Positions 39,720-52,982 of a DNA stretch of 64,000 bases are shown here, piece after piece. Location: assembly GCF_036321535.1 (NCBI RefSeq), contig NC_087472.1, positions 98,210,001-98,274,000 of the forward strand. Reading direction: 5' to 3'. Origin of the DNA: Camelus dromedarius. Taxonomy: Eukaryota. Position numbers and translations under genes: made by a program. How positions within the stretch are numbered: position 1 is the first letter of the stretch; the number at the start of each line of letters is the position of its first letter. The notes under the pieces were generated by a model that saw nothing but the letters and a program-made list of their open reading frames with translations, did no database searches and was not told the DNA's origin.

Positions 39720-40405
39720 TAGGCCAAACTGACATCATGTGCCTCCTGCTGGGATGTACTGAGAAGGACTCAACATCCCTTCTGTGGTCTTTTTGCCAAA
39801 AATGCACGACTTGAATCTAATCATGAAGAAACATCAGACAAACTCAAACTAAGGGACTTTCCACAAAATGAATGGCCTGTATTCTTCAAAAAAAAGTCAA
39901 GGTCAAGAAATACAAAGTAAAGTTGAGGAACAGTTCCACATGAAAAGAAACTAAGAAGACAGAACAACTAAATCACAGTGTGTGAGTCTGGATTGGATCC
40001 TGGACTGGGAAAGAAAAATAGCCATAGGAGACATTATTGGGACAATTGACAAAAGTGGAACATGGACTATGGATTGAAGAATAGCTTTGTAGCAATGTTA
40101 AATTTCCTGACTTTGATCAGTGTACTGTGTGGTTGCATAAGAGAAAGTCCTTGTTCTTAGGAATTACAGCCTGAAGCATTTTGGGTAAAGGGGTATAACA
40201 TCTCCAACTAACTAGTGGTTTGGGGAAAAAAATATGCATGTAAGAATAAAGAGAAAGAGAAAGAGACAGAGACAGAGAGACTGACGAAGCAAAATATCAA
40301 CAATGTTTGAATCTGGATCAAAGGTATAAAAGAGTTCCTTGTGCTCCTTTTACAGCTTTTCTGTGCATGTATTTAAAATTATGTCAAAATGTAAAATTAT
40401 CCAAA
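39720..40405 (+). mobile_element. Old L1 (L1MD/ME-type) 3' UTR
   Basis: aatctaatcatgaagaaacatcagacaaac; ggattggatcctggactgg; aatgttaaatttcctga. Confidence 0.75.
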
Positions 40406-42436
40406 ACAGTGAACATACAGAAAATATAAGCATATAAGAAGGGAAAACAGAAAAGCAATGCTCCTGAACTGTGTACGGCGTCTAAGACAGGTCTAAATCT
40501 CTTGCTAACAGGCAAGCTTGACTTAAGGGAAAACACCCTGACTTTTAAAGTGCAGGATTGAGGAAAACAGGAAGGTGGCCTTTTTGATACTTTCAGCCCA
40601 TTGTTCACAGACTTAATTAAAAAAAACCACAGGAGGTACATGCCTCATCCAGCCCAGTCACTCTCTACCGGGCCTCCAGGTCACAGCTCACCTTCACCGA
40701 CAACTTTGACACCTGCGTGACCTCAATTCAATGCCTGCCTCATCGTGGGTGGAGTTTCGGCTTCTGGGTAGAAGATTCAGCCAGCGCCCTGTCTCAGTTT
40801 CTTAATCTCCTCAACTCCAGTAGTTCTGGATATTTGGGATGGGTTGGGCGGTGGGAAGAGGAGGCAGCTTCATGTAGAGGCCCCGGGCTGCTCAGAGTAC
40901 GTGTGCTGTGCTTGTTCTTTGATCATATCAAGACCTTCAGTCCCCGGACTACCCTATTTCCCCTTTGCTTTCAGTTACCTCTTTTCCGTTGCCTCCCCAC
41001 GGTTAGTTATCAACCATTTAAGCCCTTGTCCTTTGTCCCTGCAAACTCCCAACCCTGGATCAATCCAGCCATTTGCCTCTTCCTGTGCTTCCCACTTGTT
41101 GCTCAGAATAATGGGAAAAACCTCACGTTGGTGCTGACTGGTATGTGTGTGCACGTGTGAGCGTGTGTGTGTGTGTCCCACTCCCCAGCATGACTGGGCT
41201 TTCATCTTATTTGGCAATCTTTGTTCACCTTTTCTCGATTCTTTTATCACTTCGACTTACTTTAAGTTGTTGAAACCTCCTTTTCCCGTGCCCTCCATGA
41301 CTGTCTTTGGGTTCCCGCTGCTTCTTTGCCTTGACAGCTTCACAAACTTCATCGATTCCACTCTCTGTTGTCTCTCCAAATGTTGAGCTGCTGCAGGTTT
41401 CCATCCTTGGTGTGTCTTCTTTCCTTACCCTGAACCAGTGGTTCTGAAATCTGGCTGCATATTAGAATCACCTGGGAAATTTTAAAAATTAGCATGCCTG
41501 GTTCCCATCCCTGATTTGATTGGTTGGTGGTACGGCCTGGAGGGCATTGGGGTTTTTCAATCCCTCCAAGTGATTGGAAGGTGCAGCCAAGGTGAAGTTC
41601 TTCCTCCAGCTGATCCCATTTACTCCTACAATTCTAGCTACCTGTATGTAGAAGATTCCTAAATCTTCATCCCTAGCTCCCACTTCCTGCCTTGAGCTTT
41701 TGGACCTATCTATTGGTTAGGTTCACTCTCTGCAGAGTCAAAGTCAAATGAACAAACTGAAGGTCTTTACCTTCCTCCTTAACTTGATCTTTCTCAAGTA
41801 ATCTCACACTTGAGATATTTTCATGTTAGTGAACAGTGAACAGAAACAGATTGTGTCCCACCATCATTCATTGAGGTGACCACATCAGAAACTTCAGACT
41901 CATTCTTGACTCTTTCTCTTCACTACCCACACTCCACCAATCCCCAAATCTTTCTTAAATCCATCTTATTATTTCCCTCACCCCCTATTTCCCATTACCT
42001 AAATTTGGGCCTTTATTCTTTCTAGCCTGCATAGTAATAACTGGCTTCCTGCAATTCATGCCTCTCAGACTTCAATATTTACCTTTCCAGAACCCAAATC
42101 TAATGATGCAAATCCCCCCTGGCTAAAACTCTTCAATGGCTGCCAGTTGCCTACAGAATAAAGATCAAATGCTTAAAGACTTTTCACAATCTGGCCTTGG
42201 ACTTCCTTTTCTGACTTAACAGCACTTACTCTTCCAAAGACACAGGCTCTAAACCTGTTAAGTTACTGCGAGCCTCACACAAATCATGGTCTTTCATGAG
42301 CCAATAATGTTAAGAAAAATTATCCAAAATTTGGGAATAAGATTACTTATCAAATAATAAAAAGACTATTCTGTGCTCTGTCAATGTTGTACTAGAGAAT
42401 TGTCAAATAAGGACCACTATGTCACCTGATGCACAG

Positions 42437-44713
42437 CAGTGCTGTCCAATGGAGCCACATATGCAATTTAACATTTTCTAACTACCATACAAAAAAGGAA
42501 GTAAAAAGAAACTGGAGAAATTGATATTAGTAATGCATATCATTTTATCTAATATATCCAAAATATTATCCTTTCGATATGTTTAAAAAAGTACCAAAAA
42601 TCAGTTTCCTTTAGTATTTGCCTCCACATTGATGAAACTAGTTTATTTTTTAAGAAGAATTGATTTGACTTGTAGTTAAAGCATGATAGTTTCAAAACCA
42701 TGTCTATCCGAGTTAAGTAAATAGACTAACTCAGCATTCTTAACATTAAATCCAAAGGGGTATTGTGCTATTTGAGAAGCAATTCTAAATTTATCAACAT
42801 TCTTCAAAATTTTCTGCCAGTATTTATAGCTAATTTACCTAATGCTATTATAATTAAAATCTTCTATATATTGATTCATGTTAGAAAAATGTATAAAATC
42901 ATAATTTAAAAAAGTCATAAATATTGACTTAAATCGTGAAAAATTTCAATTTTAACATAAATTCTTAGACCTGTCTAGCTCAGTTACAAGCTTTTCTCTC
43001 CCTGGAGTTTCAAAATTTATCTGGTTCATATGCCATGTGAAATCTGTGAGAAAACATGCACATCACCTTGCCTTTTTTTTGGTTAATGCACATTTGGCAA
43101 GCATTACTTTTGTTTCAAGGAAATCTTGAATTGGAGTTAACAGCACAGTAAATCTTTGTAAAACTCTTTGTGGCTCAACCAACAAGTGTTGGCAACGAAT
43201 ACAAGATCTTTAAATTTATTGCTTCTTTCAGCATTTCCATAAATTGGTGATGAGTCACAGCATTTGCACGTATATGCTGAACAGTTTTAACAACTGTATC
43301 CATGATGCTTTTCATAGGGTCTGTTTCAGAGGACTGAGCACAAATATTTTCAGTGTGTATCATACAGAGATATGAAGTCACCAGAAAAACATCAGTCTCT
43401 TGTTTTTAAAATTCCAACAGATCCAGAATTTTGACCTAACAGCTGAAGCACCATCCGTTGTGATATATTTTTTTCATATCTAACTGAATTTCTTCTTTGA
43501 CAGATGTAAAAGATTTAAGAATATCTATGTCACAGTTTTTTAGGCTATGAATTGGTACTTTTTGCAAATATGGCAGTCCTTTGAGACAAAACTTACCCAA
43601 AATATCAACTAGGCAGTGTCTTGTATTACATGAATCACCTAAAGCTATAGAAAAGTACTTGCACTTTTTCCAATTTTTGAATCAATTAATCTTGGATACT
43701 GTTAGAAAGGTCTTGTATTCTACAGGCAAGTATTTTATGGTTTAATTGAAGATCTTTCTTTTTTTTTGGTAAAATATCATTTTTAGCCTTTTCTTCACAT
43801 TTTTTAAATAGCATTTCCATAACTGAAATAATTTCTTTTACTATCACCATCTAAAACATGTTTTTTTATGTGCAAGAATCCAAGCCATTATAAAGTTGGC
43901 CAAAGTTACAAGTTCAGAGCCTGTTACCATTTTTTAAAACAATTTTCATTGGACATTTCATTTTGAATGTAGGCAACTAATTTTATTGATTCTTTTTTGA
44001 CTGTTCTCATCAAATTCACTCCATGCTTGCTGAAAATGTTCCTTACTGTTATCAACTTTATTATCTTTAAACAATTTTTACACAACAAACAGCTTTTTAA
44101 ATTTTGGTCTGCTGCAGCAGATTACATGAAAGTACAACATATGTCCTTCCAATCTCTGTTTTTTCCTCTTCTGGTATAGTGCTAGTATCCACATCTCCAC
44201 TCAATTCTGCCTCAGTAGTATGCTTTCATTTTAAATTTAAAAGTTAGTCCATACTTATTTATTTAAAAATAGTTTAATTATAATTTAAAGCATAAGAAGT
44301 ATTTCAATTTAGTTACCAATTACAATGCACATAGGTATCACTGTAAATGGTGCTGTCTGTATAAAGTGTTCAAATAAACACTTTTCAGTGTTAAATTAAT
44401 GCATAGAAAAAAAAATTTGAATTGATTCAACTGGTTGACACTAACTAGACAGATGATGAGTTTACATGTAATATTGGAGACAACTCACAAATTATACTAT
44501 AGCAACATCCACAAGATACAACAGTTAAAGTGAAATGTAGTCCTAACAAAACAATAAAGTTGAATTTAATGGAAAAATATTTTACGCTGCTCAGTTTTAA
44601 GTTAAAATTGAGTAAAATTAAATAAAACCAAAATTTCAGTTCCTAAGTCATACTAGCCTTTCAAGTGCTCAGTGGTCACTTATGGCTAGTGGCTACCATA
44701 TTGGATAGTGTGG
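42437..44713 (-). mobile_element. ~2.3-kb hAT-Charlie DNA transposon fossil (MER3/MER33-type termini, Charlie5-like) with transposase remnant
   Basis: Termini cagtgctgtccaat and attggatagtgtgg, followed by ctctagag target-like 8-mer; ORF 43175..43381 (CMIHTENICAQ...VVKTVQHIRANAVTHHQF) resembles the hAT transposase CxxH region. Confidence 0.8.
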
Positions 44714-46341
44714 CTCTAGAGAAGGGTAACTTAAACTTACTAATTACTATTGATAAGGGTCCAGACTCTATGAAGTCACATACTTACATGTTAACTGGTA
44801 GAAAAGACCGATAAGGTTGTGAATGTTTTATATATATATATTTAGTCCAGTAGAATTGCAAATGATTTCTGCCTGGTAAAAATGATAACACTAACAGTTG
44901 CATTTGTATCTAACTTTGTAGCTTAGTCAACAATTTTATTCCAACATTCTCTCTTTTCATATTGTGCTACCCTTACATTTTATATCCTAGGAGAATATCT
45001 GATGGTGTAGAAAGATATTCAGAATGTATTAAGTGAGAAAAAATAGGTCACAAAAGAAAATATAGATCAGTCTACTTTCATATGTTTTAAAGTATGTATG
45101 TTCTAGAAAAATAGGGTATAAACAAAGATGCTTACCATCACCTATGGGTGGACTTATACATGATACTAAAATATTTTTCTCTTTTTGACTGTCTTCATTC
45201 TTAAAACTACAGTTGACACTAAGAGAAATCTCATTAAAGTATTTTATAATTTTAACTCAGGTTAACTGCAGAAGACCTTTTCTCACCCTAGTTTAGCAAG
45301 ACTGGTAATCCTAGCTACTTGACAGCTAATTCAAATTGTACTTTTAAAAAATGATGGTGATGACATTGAGACCGTGGGGTTCTCTACGTGTCTTTTCTAT
45401 AACTATGCTAGGTTCTTTTGCCTGCTTACTGAGATACTGTGCTTTTTTTGCCCTTCCTTGTGAACAATATTTTGATGTGCCTAAATTGTGAATTAATTGA
45501 CAATGCCTTATAAATACAACAACAAACCCAGTGCATACTTATATCGGTGCCTGGACTGAAGGTTTAGGATCCATTGTTTATGTGTCTCTCTTCCTCTCTA
45601 GCCTGTGAGCCTTTGAAGCAGGGGCTGCGTTTTATTAACCTTGTGGCTCAGTGCCTAGGAAAACTTAGGGCATGTAACAGGAGAGTGGGCATGCTGTAAA
45701 TCTGTGAGTAATGAATGAAAAAAAGGGAATCCCCATGTATTCATTTATCCGTGCGTGTACACACTCTGCCCCTACTATGTGCCATCCTTGGCATGAGGGA
45801 TATAGCCATGAACATTTATAAGTCTGGAATATAAGAGGAGCATACTTGAATATGATCAAATCATATACTTAAAAGCAGAAGTTAAAAGACATGAAACCAA
45901 GCAGGCAACATAAGCCTGAGTAGCTTTATACAGTGGGATATTCCTCCTAACCAGGAAACAATTGCATTGCTGTGAAAGAGAGAAGCAGTGTCCTTAATAG
46001 ACTTCTTTCTCAGCAGGCATGTGCTCCTAACTCCACAGGAAAAGCTTAAAATAAAAAGATGGCTCTTTGCTCCTTTCCTTTCTCCAAGTCTCATGATTTG
46101 GGATCAGAATTTCAAGTTGGCAAACTACACAGAGTTTGTAGCATTCTGTTTCATTCTGTTTTAAGTACAGACTCTGTTGAACTACAAATAGAATCAAATA
46201 TTTTCATCACAGCTGGATGTCCACCTTTTTACACCAGCTCTGGAGTCCGCTAGCTGGATAATCTGTCAGTGGTGCTCACCTTCTGTCTGTGTTCCCATGG
46301 CATTAAGGCAGGTATTTCCACAGAGAAAGACTTAACTCTGA

Positions 46342-48641
46342 CACCCATTTATGATAAAAACTCTTGCCAAAGTGGGTATAGAGGGAACATATCTCAACAT
46401 AATAAAAGCTATATATGACAAACCTACAGCCAGCATAGTACTCAACGGTGAAAAACTCAAAATCTTCCCACTAAAATCTGGGACAAGACAAGGATGCCCA
46501 CTATCACCACTCCTATTCAACATAGTCCTGGAAGTCCTAGCCACAGCAGTCAGGCAAGAGAAAGAAATAAAAGGGATCCAAATTGGAAAAGAAGAGGTAA
46601 AAGTGTCATTATATGCTGATGACATGTTACTATATATAGAAAACCCTAAAAGGTCCACACAAAAGCTACTAGAGCTGATTGAAGAATTCAGCAAGGTAGC
46701 AGGTTACAAAATTAACGTTCAAAAATCAGTTGCATTTCTTTACACTAATGATAAATCAACAGAAGAAGAAAGTAAAGAAACAATCCCCTTTAAAATAGCA
46801 CCCAAAGTAATAAAATATCTGGGAATAAATCTAACCAAGGAGGTGAAAGAATTATACACAGAAAACTATAAACCATTGATGAAGGAAATTAAAGAAGACT
46901 TTAAAAAATGGAAAGATATTCCATGCTCTTGGATTGGAAGAATCAATATTGTTAAAATGGTCACACTGCCCAAGGCAATCTACAGATTTAATGCAATCCC
47001 TATCCAATTACCCAGGACATATTTCACAGAACTAGAAAAAATCATAATAAAATTCATATGGAACCATCAAAGACCTAGAATTGCCAAAGCATTACTGAAG
47101 AGAAAGAAAGAGGCTGGAGGAATAACTCTCCCAGACTTCAGACAATACTATAGAGCTACAGTCATCAAGACAGCATGGTATTGGTACCAAAACAGACATA
47201 TAGACCAATGGAACAGAATAGAGAGCCCAGAAATGAACCCACAAACTTTTGGTCAACTCATCTTTGACAAAGGAGGCAAGAATATACATTGGAATAAAGA
47301 CAGTCTCTTCAGCAAATGGTGTTGGGAAAACTGGACAGCAGCATGTAAAACAATGAAGCTAGAACACTCCCTTACACTATATACAAAAATCAACTCAAAA
47401 TGGATTAAAGACTTAAACATAAGACAAGATACAATAAACCTCCTAGAGGAAAACATAGGCAAAACATTATCTGACATACATTTCAAAAATTTTCTCCTAG
47501 AAGAAATAAAAGCAAGAATAAACAAATGGGACCTAATGAAACTTACAAGCTTCTGCACAGCAAAGGAAACCAGAAGTAAAACAAGAAGAAAACCTATGGA
47601 ATGGGAGAAAATTTTTGCAAGTGAAACCGACAAAGGCTTGATCTCCAGAATATATAAGCAGCTCATACGACTCAATAAGAAAAAAATAAACAACCCAATC
47701 CAAAAATGGGCAGAAGACCTAAACAAGCAATTCTCCAAGGAAGACATACAAATGATCAAAAAGCACATGAAAAAATGCTCAATATCACTAATTATCAGAG
47801 AAACGCAAATCAAAACTACAATGAGGTATCACCTCACACCAGTCAGAATGGCCGTCATTCAAAAATTCACAAATGACAAATGCTGGAGAGGCTGTGGAGA
47901 AAGGGGAACCCTCCTACACTGCTGGTGGGAATGCAGTTTGGTGCAGCCACTATGGAAAACAGTGTGGAGATTCCTCAAAAGACTAGGAATAGACTTACCC
48001 TATGACCCAGGAATCCCACTCCTGGGCTTGTATCCAGAAGGAAATCTACTTCAGGATGACACCTGCACCCCAATGTTCATAGCAGCACTATTTACAATAG
48101 CCAAAACATGGAAACAGCCTAAATGTCCATCAACAGGTGACTGGATAAAGAAGAGGTGGTATATTTATACAATGGAATACTACTCAGCCATAAAAACCGA
48201 CAACATAACGCCATTTGCAGCAACATGGATGCCCCTGGAGAATGTCGTTCTAAGTGAAGTAAGCCAGAAAGAGAAAGAAAAATACCATATGAGATCGCTC
48301 ATATGTGGAATCTAAAAAACAAAAACAAAAACAAACAAACAAACAAAAACAAAGCGTAAATAAAGGACAGAAATAGACTCACAGACAGAGAATACAGACT
48401 GGTGGTTACCAGGGGGGTGGAGGGTGGGAAGGGATAGACTGGGATTTCAAAATTGTAGAATAGACTACACTGTATAGCACAGGGAAATATACACAAAATA
48501 TTATGATAACTCACAGAGAAAAAAATGTGACAATGAGTGTGTATATGTCCATGAATAACTGAAAAATTGTGCTGAACACTGGAATTTGACACAACATTGT
48601 AAAATGATTATAAATCAATAAAAAATGTTAAAAAAAAAAAA
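46342..48641 (+). mobile_element. Young 5'-truncated LINE-1 (~2.3 kb) with uninterrupted ORF2 C-terminal 654 codons (46351-48315)
   Basis: RT motifs [22 protein letters not shown]; cysteine-rich [24 protein letters not shown] 48617-48622 plus poly(A); TSD aaagac(tt)aactctga at 46326-46341 and 48639-48652. Confidence 0.97.
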
Positions 48642-48914
48642 GACAACTCTGAAGTAGAGTCCTTTGATTGTTGTTGTTATGGTGCTCTTAAATCTGTGTA
48701 GCAAACGTTATTAAAGAAAGTAGACACTGCTCAGATTACTTGTTAATTATAATGAAGTAATCTGGTAAACAAGCCTTTAACCAAATGACACAACTTTTCA
48801 TCACTGATAATGGGACAAACTAACATCATGTGCCTTGTGATACGATGCCATGGTGTCTGGGTTATCCATTGCTGCCAGATAAAGCAACTCAGAAATTAGT
48901 GGCTTAAAATAATA

Positions 48915-50930
48915 ATTGAGGGGATCTTAAAGTTGAATACAAACAGAAACAAATGAACTAAAGCATTTTTCAAATAAATAACATAGTAACATTGGGGAGG
49001 GAGTATTGATCCAAGTCACTCTGATACACAGAATTTGTACCACATGCCCTCAGGCTAAAGAGAAAAAGAACTCTAAACAAATATTGAACTCTCTAGTAGG
49101 AAAGCTTCTTTTGGATAGGCAAGGATTCACAATTTTAAAACTACTTTCTATGCATTCTAGGATTAAGCAAATAAGTAAATATATTGTGCGTAATGGGATC
49201 CAGGTTTTTCTGTTTTGGAGAAGGTAATCACACTTATGGAAAGAAGGAGGAACAGATCAAACACTACTGTGTTGGATTGGAACTAGAGGTATCAGTTTAT
49301 TTATATATATTATATATATATATGTATACATATACATATATATATATAATATAGAGAGAGAGAGAGAGAAAGAGAGAGGGAGAGAGGGAGACATGGATAT
49401 AGATATGTGTGCTGTGTATGTGTATTTAATATGTATCTATTTCCCACTATTTCCCAGCTCTGTCTGCTGAGAGGGTCTAGAAAGAACGACACTCCAGTAA
49501 CAATGCAAATTATAGTTTCTAAATTAACATTCTCCACTAAAAGGAACCAGGGATTCTTGGAGAAATGAAAGCTGACCCTGGATCATCTTGTGCTAGAAAG
49601 TAAGGGAAAGCTCAAACAATGATGGGGGCATGTTAAAAGTTCACAGAAGCCAGCTTGAAGAACTCCCACTGGCTACAATTTGAGCATAAAAGTAAATAAT
49701 AACATTAAGGGTTATAATCTATTGAATAAAATAAGACTCCATGAGTCCGCACTTAAATGAGCGAACAAACAAACAAGTAAATAAATAAGATGAGAAAGAT
49801 CTTTTGTACAGTAGAAAACCAAATAATAAATAAAGAAGGAATAATGGAAATATAAAAATCAGCATTTGGCTGCTATCATAATAATAGGTGTTTCAGACAA
49901 GAATTATCAATGTGTGTTAAAACAAGTAGGTGAAAGTTGAGGTAGTAGCAGGATAGTTACAGAGTCTCAAAGCATCTCTCCAGAAGAAATTTATTTATTA
50001 TAAAGAGGAAAGCAGTAACTTTATAGTTACTTGCAGATGTCAGCTTCACCAAACGATCAAAATTAACATTCTTGAAGGGTATAGCTCAGTGATACAGCAT
50101 GTGCTTAGTATGCTATGAGGTTTTGGGTTCAATCCCCAGTACCTCCGTTAAAAATAAATAACAAACCTAATTCCCTCTCCCCAAATACATAAATAAAATA
50201 AAAATAAATTGTACTAAAAATAAAATAAATGTTCTAAAATTTTTTTTTAAGTATCTCCAAAATTAACATCCTCAGTAACAGGTCTACTCGACAGGATGTG
50301 CCTACTGGTAGGACACAGTGAGAAGAACTCAACATCACTCCTAGGGATTCATGCCCTAAATACATGATCTGAATCTAATTACGAGGAACAGCAGACGACC
50401 TGCAACTGAAGGACAATCTACAAAATAATTGATCTGCGCTTATTAAAAAATGTCAGTTTTATGAAATACAGAGAAAGACTTAGAAAGTCTTCCAGATTAA
50501 AGGAGAGTAAACAGACATGATGACTGAAGGCAACATGTATCTTGGAATTTTCTGGTTTTCTGGTTTTTTGCTATAAAAGACATCACTGAGACAACTGGTG
50601 ACATCGTAATCAGGTATATAGACCAGGCTATAGTATTGTATCAGTGTTAGTTAACTGTTTTTTATAATTCTATGTAATTACACAGAGAATTTATTTTTAG
50701 GAAATACAAACTGAAATATTTAAGGGTAAAGGAGCATCGTACTACCACTTACTCTTACATAGTTCAGAAAAAAGCTAGAGAGAGAAATACAGATAGAGAT
50801 AGATGATGGAAATTGAGAGAGGAATAGACCACAGATAGTAAAGCACTTGGGGACTTGACAGCTGGAAATTCATTGCACTATTTGGGCAATTTTTCTATAA
50901 GTCTGAAATTATGTCAATAAAATGTTTTAA
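48915..50930 (+). mobile_element. Old L1MD/MC-type 3' region with (TA)n(GA)n microsatellite (~49300-49390) and a nested SINE
   Basis: ctccactaaaaggaaccaggg, gaagccagcttgaagaactcccactggc; AATAAA at ~50916. Confidence 0.7.
50073..50257 (+). mobile_element. tRNA-derived SINE (Vic-1-like) with 15-bp TSD
   Basis: tagctcagtga A box, gggttcaatcccc B box; TSD caaaattaacattct (50058-50072) / caaaattaacatcct (50258-50272). Confidence 0.88.
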
Positions 50931-51284
50931 AATACATTATTACTTCTTGTTTTGTAAGTTGACTGGGCTCTGTTGAGGAGTTCTTTCTTAAGGTCTCATA
51001 TGGAAGAGTCACTGCATGGTCCTTGACTGGATCCTGGGTTGGGAGAAAAATAGCTGTAAGTGACATCTGGGGGACAGTTGGGGAAATGTGAATGTGGTCT
51101 GTACACGAGACAATATTGTTGCATTAATGTTAAATTTGTTGGATATGGTAATATTGTAACTTTGAAGAAGAATATCCCTATTCTCAAGAGATACAGGATA
51201 AAGTACTGTATTTCTGGACATTGTATCAGAATGTCTGCAACTTTTTTCAAATGGTTCAGCAAAAGTAACAAAAGTAAACTTAGT

Positions 51285-51520
51285 TGGGGGAGGGACAAAT
51301 TAGGAGTACAAGATTAACAGATACAAACTGCTACATATAAAATAGGTAAGCAACAAGGATTTACTACATAGCACAAAGAATTGTACCCAATATCTTGTAA
51401 TAACCTATAATGGGATATAATCTGCCCCCAACCCCCCCCCAAAACCAAACCAAACCACTATGCTGTGTACCTTAAACTAACACAATATCATAAATCAACT
51501 ATAATTCAATAAAAAAGAAT
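51285..51520 (+). mobile_element. Cetartiodactyl-type L1 3' end
   Basis: gattaacagatacaaactgctacatataaaatag...caacaaggatttac...aaatcaactataattcAATAAA. Confidence 0.8.
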
Positions 51521-52265
51521 AAATTTTAATGTATGTGTGTGTGTTTAGAGAGAGAGAGAAAGAGAGATGCAAATGTGGTAAAATCATTGCCAATCTTGGT
51601 GAATGGTATAGGGCATTTATTGTGCTTTTCTCTCAACTTTTCAGTAGTTTTGAAATTTTCCAAAATAAAGAGTTGGAGATAAACACAAGAGCATTTTTTT
51701 GAAAACATTTGCCCTCTCTAACACTGTACTTATTTCTATGATCCACATATACATCACAGAATCTCAAAATTTGACAGTCCTCGGAGTTCATCTGGTTCAG
51801 TGTTTGTCAAACTATGGGTTGTGACTCAAACCTTGGTCATAAATACCAGGTCACTGGCCAGCATTTCTTTGAAAGGAATGGAATGGCATAGGACAAGAAA
51901 TACCAGTGGGCCCCATCACTTAAGAGAAGTTTGGGGAAACTTTTGCTTGAATTGCATATATGTGTACGCATGCATGCTTGTGATGAATTCCAATGGGAAA
52001 AAAAAATCTATTTCTTACCCTGAGTTGTGCTCAAAAAGGTTTGAAAGATTCAGCTGCTCAAGACCTCTAGACAATATCAGTTCAGTTCAAGGCTGGGCAT
52101 TCTGTTCTTTAACAGGGCATTTTAAAATACTTCTTTTTTGGATGATGATGATGATTTTCTTATTATTATTATTGTTCAAATGCCCAAAATTTCAGAGATG
52201 TAATTAAGTGACTCAGTGTAGCACATGAGTGGAGTGGCACAAGAATTAAAGAATTATATACTCAA

Positions 52266-52982
52266 TTTTGATAGAGGTTGCACTGGATCTGTGGATTGCT
52301 TTGGTAAAGGTTGCACTGGATCTGTGGATTGCTTTGAGTAGTATGGCCATTTTGGTAATGTTGATTCTTTCAATCTAAGAGCACAAGATATCTTTCCATT
52401 TCTTTGTATCATCTTCAATTTCCTACGTCAACGTTTTACAGTTTTCAGAGTATAGGTAATCTCCTTGGTTAAGTTTATTTCTAGGTATTTTGTTCTTTTT
52501 GATGCAATGGAAATGTTTATGCTGGTTATAAAATTCTGGTTTTTGAAGTGGAAAAAAAAGTGAATGAAGGGCTGCAAATGGCAAAATATCCTTCTTTCTT
52601 ATGGGTGAGTTGTATTCCATTTTTTATGCTGTATCTTCTTTGTCCATTCATCTACTGATGTGCACTTATGATGTTTCCATATCTTGGCAATTATAAATAA
52701 TGTTGCTGTTAATAGCAGCATGTATGTATCTTTTTGAATTGTTATTTTGTAGTTGGCTTTATTCCTTTGATAACTATGTAAGTTTAAAAAGCTAAAGCTC
52801 TAAATGTTCTTAGAAACAATGAACAGTACATGTATGTAAATTTTTAAAAATATGTGAAGTATATTGTGTATATGGATTTATATGCAATACATTACATATG
52901 TGCAGTCAAATTGTAACAATTCTATCTAATAAAACTGAAAAATGAAAAAAATAACATAAAAAGGCAAAAAAAAGCAAAAAAG
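52266..52982 (+). mobile_element. Chimeric retro-insertion: two antisense L1 ORF2 fragments plus an unassigned 3' segment with AATAAA and A tail; 15-bp TSD
   Basis: Exact TSD gaattatatactcaa at 52251-52265 and 52983-52997; AATAAA 52928-52933. Confidence 0.8.

Noticed and set aside
46332..47813. Antisense ORFs of 120 and 186 aa
   Set aside because: Ordinary antisense frames of L1 ORF2.
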